32,000 nucleotides of DNA from Candidatus Blochmanniella floridana. GTDB lineage: Bacteria > Pseudomonadota > Gammaproteobacteria > Enterobacterales > Enterobacteriaceae. The stretch is taken from the NCBI GenBank assembly GCA_000043285.1, contig BX248583.1, forward strand, positions 600,001 through 632,000, in the 5' to 3' direction. The position numbers were made by a program, and so were the translations under genes. Below the pieces are notes generated by a model, which made no database searches, was not told the origin of the DNA, and saw only the letters and a program-made list of their open reading frames with translations. Below, piece after piece: positions 10,178 through 20,228 of this stretch (positions are counted from its first letter, which is position 1; the number at the start of each line of letters is the position of its first letter).

Positions 10178-10642
10178 GTGAATCAATTTAAACTAATGAA
10201 CATTATACAGAATAAACGGGTACATCACAAATATTTCATTGAAAAAGAAATTGAAACTGGATTAGTTCTCTTAGGATGGGAGGTTAAATCTATTAGATCT
10301 CGAAAAATAACCATTGAAAATAGTTATGTATCCTTACGCGATCAAGAAGCGTATATGTGTAATGCAAACTTTCAAATACAAACAAACATGAATGTATCCA
10401 CTCCTGATCCTACTCGCATGCGTAAATTATTACTAAAAAAACAAGAATTATCGTTTTTAACCGAAATAATGCATAAAAAAAGTTATACTATAATAATTTT
10501 AAATCTATTTTGGAAAAATTCTTGGATAAAGGCTAACATCGGTATAGCCAAAGGCAAAAAAAAATATGATAAACGACATATCGTTAATACACATCAGTGG
10601 AAACTTGAACAAAAACATATTATTAAGTGCGTTAACAAATAA
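10178..10642 (+). CDS. smpB: SsrA-binding protein SmpB
   Basis: 154 aa, collinear with E. coli SmpB (NKR..H.YFIE...E.GL.L.GWEVKS.R, DPTR.RKLLL, GKK.YDKR). It lies immediately upstream of ssrA. The 5' end is taken from the ORF track; see the rejected note. Confidence 0.88.
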   Translation: MNQFKLMNIIQNKRVHHKYFIEKEIETGLVLLGWEVKSIRSRKITIENSYVSLRDQEAYMCNANFQIQTNMNVSTPDPTRMRKLLLKKQELSFLTEIMHKKSYTIIILNLFWKNSWIKANIGIAKGKKKYDKRHIVNTHQWKLEQKHIIKCVNK

Positions 10643-10647
10643 AAAAT

Positions 10648-10676
10648 TTGTATAAATATACATTTTATGTTATAAA
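10648..10676 (+). promoter_or_regulatory. Candidate ssrA promoter
   Basis: TTGTAT-17 nt-TATAAA ends about 17 nt before the mature tmRNA 5' end. Such hexamers occur easily by chance in AT-rich DNA. Confidence 0.25.
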
Positions 10677-10693
10677 ATGTCATTGGTAACAGT

Positions 10694-11083
10694 GGGGCTG
10701 ATTTAGGTTTCGACTGAATGTCTTTGTGTTTGCAGTGCATGTCGAGGGGAGATAGGCCTCGTAAAAAAATCTCAAAAAATAATTGCAAAAAATAAATATA
10801 ATGAACCTGTTGCATTAGCAGCTTAATTGGGTTAATAACCTAAAGGTTCCCTCTTAATTTTTTTGTTACTCTTAACAAGAAAATCATTATCTCATAAGAG
10901 GTCTATAAATAAGAGCGCTCATTATAAAGTGCCTAACTCTATAATGATAAGAATAAAAATTAGAGCTAATTGATTAATTGACATGATCTTAAGTCATTTT
11001 TCAATAAAATATTAAAGATCTAAACATGTAGTATCTGGAAAATATAAGAATTCTGGACGCGGGTTCGAATCCCGCCAGCTCCA
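10694..11083 (+). ncRNA. ssrA: tmRNA (SsrA), one-piece; tag reading frame 10785-10826 encodes AKNKYNEPVALAA
   Basis: The 5' end ggggctgatttaggtttcgac and the 3' end ggacgcgggttcgaatcccgccagctcca align to the E. coli ssrA termini, including the G3:U alanine identity pair. The resume codon GCA follows aaaaaataatt, as in E. coli (AAAAAATAGTC-GCA). The tag ends ALAA-TAA. The 3' CCA is not encoded, since cca is followed by ttt. Confidence 0.93.
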
Positions 11084-11252
11084 TTTAATAAAAATCTATC
11101 TTCGATAAAAGGTATATTAAATACTAAAAATTAGATCAAATTTAATTTATCATTTTAAAAATTCAGATTAATAATCTAAATTCTATTGATCACTCTCATT
11201 TACCAATAAATTATTGCAACTATAATTGTTTGACTTTCAAGAACAAAATTAT

Positions 11253-11582
11253 ATGGATTATCTATATTTATTTATCGCTATTATTTCAGAAGTTATTGCT
11301 ACTACTTTTTTAAAAGTTTCTGACGGTTTTAATAAACTATATCCTATTATTATAGTTATACTAGGATATACTCTTTCATTTATACTATTATCTTTAGTTT
11401 TACGTACCATTCCGATGGGTATTGCTTATTCTTGTTGGGCAGGTTTGGGTATAATTTTCATTACTATCGCAGGATATTTATTTTATGATCAAAAAATGGA
11501 TATTTATTCTATCACAGGTATAATCTTGATAATCATTGGAGTTATATTAATTAATATATTTTCTAAAACAATAAAAAACTAA
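11253..11582 (+). CDS. Small multidrug resistance (SMR) family transporter, EmrE/QacE-like
   Basis: The ORF track begins at a TTG at 11226. The ATG at 11253 gives 109 aa with four TM segments, matching EmrE in length. It has the conserved membrane-embedded Glu in SEVIATTFLKVSDGF (EmrE: AEVIGTTLMKFSEGF) and the GIAYSCWAGLG motif (EmrE: GIAYAIWSGVG). Confidence 0.8.
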   Translation: MDYLYLFIAIISEVIATTFLKVSDGFNKLYPIIIVILGYTLSFILLSLVLRTIPMGIAYSCWAGLGIIFITIAGYLFYDQKMDIYSITGIILIIIGVILINIFSKTIKN

Positions 11583-11620
11583 TATTTAAATACTATTTAT
11601 AGTATAATTCGTCCATTTCA

Positions 11621-13060
11621 ATGTATTTAATTATTATATTACTTTTCAATTTATATAAACTAACAGGTATTATCGTGCTTTACAATATCAAAAAAACATA
11701 TAATAACCATTTTCTCTATAATAAACATAATACATTTCTAACAGAACTTCCAAAAATTACTCAAAAATCTTCAGATTTTAAAATCTTAAACAGCCCAAAA
11801 GAATTTAACTATGTTTTATTAAATACTATTTCACAAGCTCATAAACATATTTGCCTAGTCACATTATATTTAGAGAATGATCCAGGAGGAAAAAAAATAC
11901 TTGACACGATATTAGAAGTAAAAAAAAATCGACCTACAATAAAAATTAATATTATCGTAGATTGGTATCGAGCCCAACGAACTAGATTCGGAGAATCAAT
12001 AAAATATACTAATATACATTGGTATAATAATATCATTCAAAACAACCCTAATATCGAATTATCTATATTTGGATTACCAATTCATTTTAGTGAAATATTA
12101 GGAGTTTTACATTTAAAAGGATTCATTATCGATGATACTATACTATATAGTGGAGCTAACTTAAATAACGAATATCTACATATAAACGATAAATACCGAT
12201 ATGATAGATATTACTTTATTAAAAATGCACAACTATCTGCAATCATGTTAAATTACATCGAAAAAAATTTAATTAACTCAAAAGTAATACATAACTTAGA
12301 TTATAAAAAATCTTTTCTCAAAAAAAACAACAAAAATAATATTAGATTATTTCGAAAATTTCTAAAAAGAACCACATACACTTATCAAAATAATGCAAAT
12401 TTTAATGAATGCTCAATTATTCCATTAGTTGGTTTAGGTAAAAATAGTATTCTTAACAAAACTATTTATCATTTAATATCATCCGTAAAACAAAACATGA
12501 TACTATGCACACCTTATTTCAACATACCTTATTCATTAAATCGTGTTTTATATTCTTTATTACAACAAGGAAAAACTGTAGAAATCATTGTTGGAGATAA
12601 AACAGCTAACGATTTTTACACACCATATCAAGAATATAAATCATTTAAATTAATCAATGTTTTACCTTATTTATATGAAATAAACTTACGTTTATTTATA
12701 CAAAAATTACAAAACTATATTGATAATAAACAATTAATTGTACGTATATGGAAAAAAGATCACCATGGCTATCATATTAAAGGTATTTGGATAGATGATG
12801 AATGGAACTTACTTACAGGAAGCAATTTAAATCCTAGATCCTTAAAATTAGATTTAGAAAATGCATTATTAATTCATGATCCATGTCATGAATTAATACA
12901 CCAAAAATATCAAGAATTAACTCAAATCAGGGTATTTACAAAAATTATCACTCATTATACATCCTTACAAAATATATCTGAATACCCAGTTAAAATTAAA
13001 CGACTTATTTTAAGAATAAGAAAAATTAAATTTGATAAATTAATAAACCAACTCCTATAA
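11621..13060 (+). CDS. pssA: CDP-diacylglycerol--serine O-phosphatidyltransferase (phosphatidylserine synthase, PLD-type)
   Basis: Collinear with E. coli PssA from LPKITQ to the C-terminus YPVKIKRLILRIRKIKFDKLINQLL. It has two HKD-type motifs (HLKGFIIDD and HIKGIWIDD). The ATG at 11621 adds a hydrophobic extension of about 18 aa that E. coli lacks. The in-frame GTG at 11675 is an alternative start that fits the E. coli length better. Confidence 0.92.
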   Translation: MYLIIILLFNLYKLTGIIVLYNIKKTYNNHFLYNKHNTFLTELPKITQKSSDFKILNSPKEFNYVLLNTISQAHKHICLVTLYLENDPGGKKILDTILEVKKNRPTIKINIIVDWYRAQRTRFGESIKYTNIHWYNNIIQNNPNIELSIFGLPIHFSEILGVLHLKGFIIDDTILYSGANLNNEYLHINDKYRYDRYYFIKNAQLSAIMLNYIEKNLINSKVIHNLDYKKSFLKKNNKNNIRLFRKFLKRTTYTYQNNANFNECSIIPLVGLGKNSILNKTIYHLISSVKQNMILCTPYFNIPYSLNRVLYSLLQQGKTVEIIVGDKTANDFYTPYQEYKSFKLINVLPYLYEINLRLFIQKLQNYIDNKQLIVRIWKKDHHGYHIKGIWIDDEWNLLTGSNLNPRSLKLDLENALLIHDPCHELIHQKYQELTQIRVFTKIITHYTSLQNISEYPVKIKRLILRIRKIKFDKLINQLL

Positions 13061-13096
13061 GAGTTGGTTTATTAATTTATCAAATTTAATTTTTCT
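13019..13096. terminator. Perfect 36-bp stem with 6-nt loop straddling the pssA stop codon; candidate bidirectional terminator for pssA and the convergent rRNA operon
   Basis: Base-by-base check: 13019-13054 is the exact reverse complement of 13061-13096. The loop ctataa contains the TAA stop at 13058-13060. Both arms end in a T5 run on their transcribed strand. The hairpin lies 32 nt from the 23S 3' end. Confidence 0.6.
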
Positions 13097-13473
13097 ACTT
13101 ATAAGATACAAAAATCTCAGGTATTGCGAAGTTAAGTTCTCACGGGTCATTAGTATCGGTTAGCTAAACATCTCACAATGCTTACACACCCGACCTATCA
13201 ACGTCATAGTCTTTAACGGCCCTTTAGGAGGATTGTAATTAATAATCCTCAGGGAAGACTCATCTTGAGGCAAGTTTCCCGCTTAGATGCTTTCAGCGGT
13301 TATCTTTTCCGTACATAGCTACCGGGCAATGCCATTGGCATGACAACCCGAACACCATAGGTACGTCCACTCCGGTCCTCTCGTACTAGGAGCAGCCCCT
13401 CTCAATCTTCCAACGCCCACGGCAGATAGGGACCGAACTGTCTCACGACGTTCTAAACCCAGCTCGCGTACCA

Positions 13474-13510
<37 letters not shown>

Positions 13511-13511
13511 G

Positions 13512-13551
<40 letters not shown>

Positions 13552-13583
13552 ACCGCCGTCGATACGAACTCTTGGGCGGTATT

Positions 13584-13627
<44 letters not shown>

Positions 13628-14058
13628 TTTCCATACAGGACCACCGGATCACTAAGACCTGCTTTCGCATCTGCTCGAATCGTCACTCTCGCAGTTAAGC
13701 TAGCTTATGCCTTTGCACTAACCTTACGATTTCCAACCGTAATTAGCTAACCTTTGTGCTCCTCCGTTACTCTTTAGGAGGAGACCGCCCCAGTCAAACT
13801 ACCCACCAGACACTGTCCTTAATCCGGATAACGGACTAAAGTTAGAATATTAAACATCAAAGGGTGGTATTTCAAGGACGGCTCCATAAAAACTAGCGTC
13901 TTTATTTCATAGCCTCCCACCTATCCTACACATTAAAATCCAACATTCAGTATCAAGCTATAGTAAAGGTTCACGGGGTCTTTCCGTCTTGCCGCGGGTA
14001 CGCCGCATCTTCACGGCGAATTCAATTTCACTGAGTCTCGGGTGGAGACAGTCTGACC

Positions 14059-14146
<88 letters not shown>

Positions 14147-14868
14147 AGGCTTCGATCAAAAGCTTCTCTTTTTGCAAAGATAACCATCTCAATTAACCTT
14201 CCGGCACCGGGCAGGCGTCACACTGTATACTTCCACTTTCGTGTTTGCACAGTGCTGTGTTTTTAATAAACAGTTGCAGCCAGCTGGTATCTTCGACTAA
14301 CTTCAGCTCCAGAAGTACTCCCTTCACTTACATGTTAGCGTGCCTTCTCCCAAAGTTACGGCACTATTTTGCCTAGTTCCTTCACCCGAGTTCTCTCAAG
14401 CGCCTTAGTATTCTCTACCTAACTACCTGTGTCGGTTTACGGTACGATTGGATATAATCTGAAGCTTAGAGGTTTTTCTTGGAAGCATAGCATCAATTCC
14501 TTCGCTACCGTAGCAGCTCGTCATCACATCTTAATGTAAAGAAGATCGGATTTTCCTATATCTTCTCATCTACTTGCTTAAACCGAGACTACCGATCCTC
14601 GGCGAACCTAGCTTTCTCCGTTACCCCATCGCAATTACATCCAGTACAGGAATATTAACCTGTTTCCCATTAGCTACGCCGTTTGGCCTCACCTTAGGGG
14701 TCGACTTACCCTGCCCCGATTAACGTTGGACAGGAAACCTTAGTTTTTCGGCGAGCAGGTTTTTCACCTGCTTTATCGTTACTTATGTCAGCATTCGCAC
14801 TTCTGATACCTCCAATATATCTCACAATATATCTTCTCAGGCTTACAGAACGCTCCTCTACCCAACAA

Positions 14869-14960
14869 AACACTTCACCCATTTTATTTCAACTTATTTA
14901 TATTTTTATATAAATATAAATTTTAATTTAATTAAAATAAAAATAGTAAATGTTCTATTG
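14869..14960 (-). other. AT-rich insertion of about 76 extra nt replacing the tip of 23S helix 45; candidate intervening sequence (IVS)
   Basis: There are 92 nt between the conserved flanks cccaacaa (to 14868) and tcgcagcttcgg (from 14961), where E. coli has 16 nt. The two halves are largely self-complementary once G:U pairs are allowed. Confidence 0.7.
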
Positions 14961-15037
14961 TCGCAGCTTCGGTGTATGATTTAGCCCCGTTACATCTTCC
15001 GCGCAAGCCGACTCGACCAGTGAGCTATTACGCTTTC

Positions 15038-15069
<32 letters not shown>

Positions 15070-15570
15070 TGGCTGTTTATGCCTTCTCACATCGTTTCCC
15101 ACTTAATCATAACTTAGGGACCTTAGCTAGCGATCTGGGTTGTTTCCCTTTCCACAACGAATGTTAGCACCCGCTGTGTGTCTCCAGTAATAACATTCTT
15201 TGGTATTCGTAGTTTGCATCGAGTTGGTAGCTCGGTTTGAACCCCTAATCGAAACAGTGCTCTACCCCCAAAGATGAATTTACAAGGCGCTACCTAAATA
15301 GCTTTCGAGGAGAACCAGCTATCTCCCGGTTTGATTGGTCTTTCACCCCTAACCACAAATCATCCGCTAATTTTTCAACATTAGTCGGTTCGGTCCTCCA
15401 ATTAGTATTACCCAATCTTCAACCTGTTCATGGTTAGATCACCGGGTTTCGGGTCTATATCCTGCAACTTAACGCCAGTTAAGACTCGGTTTCCCTACGG
15501 CTCCCTTAATCAGTTAACCTTGCTACAGAATATAAGTCGCTGACCCATTATACAAAAGGTACGCAGTCAC

Positions 15571-15609
15571 GAATATTTATACATTTATACAACTAATCAC
15601 ACTGTATTC
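15571..15609 (-). other. Expanded 23S helix 25: 39 nt where E. coli has about 12 nt
   Basis: The conserved flanks gcagtcac and gctcctactgcttgtacg bracket gaatatttatacatttatacaactaatcacactgtattc. The closing gaata/tattc bases pair. The segment contains a tandem 8-nt duplication, tttataca x2, at 15576-15591. Confidence 0.65.
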
Positions 15610-15664
15610 GCTCCTACTGCTTGTACGTATACGGTTTCAGGTTCTATTTCACTCCCCTAACCGG

Positions 15665-15709
<45 letters not shown>

Positions 15710-16294
15710 GTCAAGAGTATTTAGCCTTAGAGGATGGTCCCCCTATGTTCAGACAAGATATCACGTGTCCCGTCCTACTCTTCGAGCTTACAAACTAATA
15801 TATTTTCAGATACGGGGCTATCACCCTATATTGCTAATTTTTCCAAATTATTCTCTTAATATACTAATTATAATATTTTGCTACTGGGCTTATCCCGGTT
15901 CGCTCGCCACTACTACGAGAATCTCAATTGATTTCTTTTCCTCAGAGTACTAAGATGTTTCAGTTCCTCTGGTTTGCTTCATTTAGCTATAAATTCACTA
16001 AATAATAATGCACAATTTAAATTGCACTAGGTTTCCCCATTCGGACATCACCGGTTAATAACGCTTCAAATCAGCTCACCGATACTTTTCGCAGATTAGC
16101 ACGTCCTTCATCGCCTTTGACTGCCAAGGCATCCACCGTATACGCTTACATCACTTAACTTCGCAATCCTCAGATCTCTATATAATATATAAACACAAAT
16201 TTATTCATAAAAAAAATCGCCTTAATATTATTATTAAATAATATTAAACACATCAATACCAAGCACTTTACTTGATATTAAACCATCACCTATA

Positions 16295-16307
16295 TTGTTA
16301 AAGAACA
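16295..16307 (-). promoter_or_regulatory. boxA antitermination element in the tRNA-Glu/23S spacer
   Basis: The minus strand reads TGTTCTTTAACAA, one mismatch from the E. coli rrn boxA TGCTCTTTAACAA. It sits in the same spacer position upstream of 23S. Confidence 0.6.
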
Positions 16308-16336
16308 ACACAAACTTTATTATCTTTTACCCTACA

Positions 16337-16408
16337 TGTCCCCTAGGGGTTTCGAACCCCTGTTGCCGCCGTGAAAGGGCAGTGTCCTAACCTCTAGACG
16401 AAGGGGAC
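16337..16408 (-). tRNA. gltX-type spacer tRNA: tRNA-Glu (anticodon UUC), spacer tRNA of the rRNA operon; 3' CCA not encoded
   Basis: The reverse complement gtccccttcgtctagaggttaggacactgccctTTCacggcggcaacaggggttcgaacccctaggggac-a aligns with E. coli tRNA-Glu2. It is followed by tgt rather than cca. Confidence 0.95.
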
Positions 16409-16526
16409 CCTACTTATCATTCCTAGATCTAATGAACTCAATAAAAACTAAAATAAACCAATACCATAAATTCAATCAAAAACAAAGCAATTCATGTGGA
16501 TACTTTACTTACATATTTTATAAAAG

Positions 16527-18111
<1,585 letters not shown>

Positions 18112-18315
18112 TAATTCCCTATAAGATCCTATCTATACCATGTATACCTTCTACATTAAAATATAAATATACCTTATTCACTACATAATTCCATACCTAC
18201 TAATTATGCTTTCAATTTCCACATAAATCGCTCAATCACTCTTCTCTTATAAATATATAAGATCTATTTATTCTAAATACCTCATAATCCTAAAATACAA
18301 AACCACATTTATAGT

Positions 18316-18343
18316 ATTAACATACAACCACTCTCCATGTCAA
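18316..18343 (-). promoter_or_regulatory. Candidate rRNA operon promoter: perfect -35 with a weak -10
   Basis: The minus strand reads TTGACA-16 nt-GTTAAT about 200 nt upstream of the 16S 5' end. A second candidate with an extended -10, TGtTATAAT (TATAAT at 18433-18438), lies about 110 nt further upstream, which recalls the tandem P1/P2 layout of E. coli rrn. Chance matches are common in AT-rich DNA. Confidence 0.3.
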
Positions 18344-18461
18344 TAGTATTTATATAATTTCCATAAATTTATTTATACATAACTACCAATCTATTTCACT
18401 TTATTATAAAATATTAATCTATATTGTTATCAATTATAACACACTGTGAGAACACGCAATT

Positions 18462-20111
18462 ATGTCATCATCATTATCTATTCGTCAAGCACTAATTAGT
18501 GTATTTGATAAATCTAATCTATTACATTTTTCAAAATCACTCTCTCATCTTGGCATAAAATTACTATCAACTGAAGGAACAGCGTTAATATTAACTAACG
18601 CTGGATTAACAGTAAACAAAATCTCTGACTATACTAATTTTCCAGAAATTATGAATGGACAAGTTAAAACTTTACATCATAAAATATGCGCTGGAATTTT
18701 AAGCAGAAAAAATTTAGATGAATCTATAATACACAAATACGGAATTCAACCTATTGATATGGTTATAGTTAATTTTTATCCCTTTCATTTAATTCTACAA
18801 AACAAACAACACGATTCCGAAAAAATATTAGAATATATTGATATTGGAGGACCTAATATGGTCAGAGCTGCCGCAAAGAATTACAAAAACACCGTAATCA
18901 TTGTTGATAACAATGATTACGATAATATTTTAAACGAAATAAACACACTTCATGGATCTATTAGTTTAAATACTCGATTAAATTTAGCCGCAAAAGCATT
19001 CAAATATATCAAACAATATGACACCATGATCTCAGATTATTTTCAACATCAACTAAAATTACAGCCTAATAAACCTCATCATACTATCCAAAAAAGAATA
19101 CAACCATTTAATCATTCCCAATTACCTGAACATATACAATGCGTAAATTTAACTTTTAAAAAAAAACAAACAATGCGTTATGGAGAAAATCCACACCAAT
19201 ACTCTGTATTATATACAGAAACAAACGCTCCTACAGAAAATGGATCTGTAGCTACCTCTCAACAATTACAAGGAAAAACATTATCTTATAACAATATTAT
19301 TGATATGGATACTGCCTTAGAATGTGTAAAAATGTTTGATCAACCCACTTGTGTAATTGTAAAACATTCAAATCCTTGTGGAGTAGCAACAGCAGATAAT
19401 ATTTTCACTGCATATAATAAAGCTTATCAAGCTGATCCTACATCTGCATTCGGAGGTATTATCGCTTTCAATTACCCGATAAATAACAAAAAATTAGCAC
19501 AATCTATAATTAACCAAAATTTTGTAGAAGCAATAATTGCTCCGTATGTTCATCAAGATTGCCTTAATATTTTATCTCAAAAAAAAAATATACGTGTATT
19601 ACAATCCGGTATGTGGAATAAAAATACTCTGAAATCAATTTCAAATATAGACTTTAAACGCATTCCAGAAGGTTTATTGATTCAAGAACATGATACACAC
19701 ACAATTGATCATACAAAATCCTTTCAAGTAGTTACCAATAAACAACCTACTATACAAGAAACACAAGATGCATTATTCTGCTGGAAAATAGTAAAATTTG
19801 TTAAATCTAACGCCATTGTTTGCGGAAAAGATCAACAAACCACTGGTATTGGAACAGGACAAACGAATAGAATTCTTGCTGTAAAAATTGCCACTTCTTT
19901 AAGATTACAAAATACCGTACACATTTCAGGATCATCAATGGCATCTGACGCTTTTTTTCCTTTTCCAGATAGCATAAAAGAAGCTGCTTCCATGGGTATT
20001 AGTTGCATAATACAACCAGGCGGTTCTATTCAAGACCCAGAAATAATCAAAATAGCTAATCAACACAAGATTTCTATGATTTTCACCAAAATCAGACATT
20101 TTCGTCATTAA
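18462..20111 (+). CDS. purH: Bifunctional AICAR transformylase / IMP cyclohydrolase
   Basis: 549 aa, collinear with E. coli PurH (ALISVFDK, VKTLHHK, MRYGENPHQ, KHSNPCG, SDAFFPF, end ...RHFRH). The interdomain linker is about 12 aa longer than in E. coli. Confidence 0.96.
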   Translation: MSSSLSIRQALISVFDKSNLLHFSKSLSHLGIKLLSTEGTALILTNAGLTVNKISDYTNFPEIMNGQVKTLHHKICAGILSRKNLDESIIHKYGIQPIDMVIVNFYPFHLILQNKQHDSEKILEYIDIGGPNMVRAAAKNYKNTVIIVDNNDYDNILNEINTLHGSISLNTRLNLAAKAFKYIKQYDTMISDYFQHQLKLQPNKPHHTIQKRIQPFNHSQLPEHIQCVNLTFKKKQTMRYGENPHQYSVLYTETNAPTENGSVATSQQLQGKTLSYNNIIDMDTALECVKMFDQPTCVIVKHSNPCGVATADNIFTAYNKAYQADPTSAFGGIIAFNYPINNKKLAQSIINQNFVEAIIAPYVHQDCLNILSQKKNIRVLQSGMWNKNTLKSISNIDFKRIPEGLLIQEHDTHTIDHTKSFQVVTNKQPTIQETQDALFCWKIVKFVKSNAIVCGKDQQTTGIGTGQTNRILAVKIATSLRLQNTVHISGSSMASDAFFPFPDSIKEAASMGISCIIQPGGSIQDPEIIKIANQHKISMIFTKIRHFRH

Positions 20112-20228
20112 TATAATAATTTTACCATATTTTATACAAACCATTACTTTTTTTCAAAAACAAACCAACCTTTAAGGTTTATCAAATCAAAAAACAATAA
20201 TCTTAACCTATATGTAAAGATATATTAA

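Noticed and set aside
10177-10204. A possible 1-nt register problem at the 5' end of smpB. When I hand-counted, the GTG fell at 10177. An apparent extra C near 10200-10201 put the first 8 codons out of frame with the conserved body.
   Set aside because: The supplied computed ORF track reports one continuous ORF from 10178 with exactly this N-terminus. I cannot count bases by eye reliably enough to overrule it, so I am not reporting a frameshift or pseudogene. Re-translating 10170-10210 would settle the point.
10594-10815. A 73-aa minus-strand ORF overlapping the smpB 3' end and the first third of ssrA.
   Set aside because: It is antisense to two well-supported genes, and its sequence has no recognisable family features. 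The region is explained by smpB and the tmRNA.
18454-18459. An ACGCAA hexamer immediately upstream of the purH ATG, resembling half of the PurR operator (ACGCAAACGTTTGCGT).
   Set aside because: Only one half-site is present and there is no palindromic partner. A 6-mer match is not significant, and purR is unlikely to survive in such a reduced genome.
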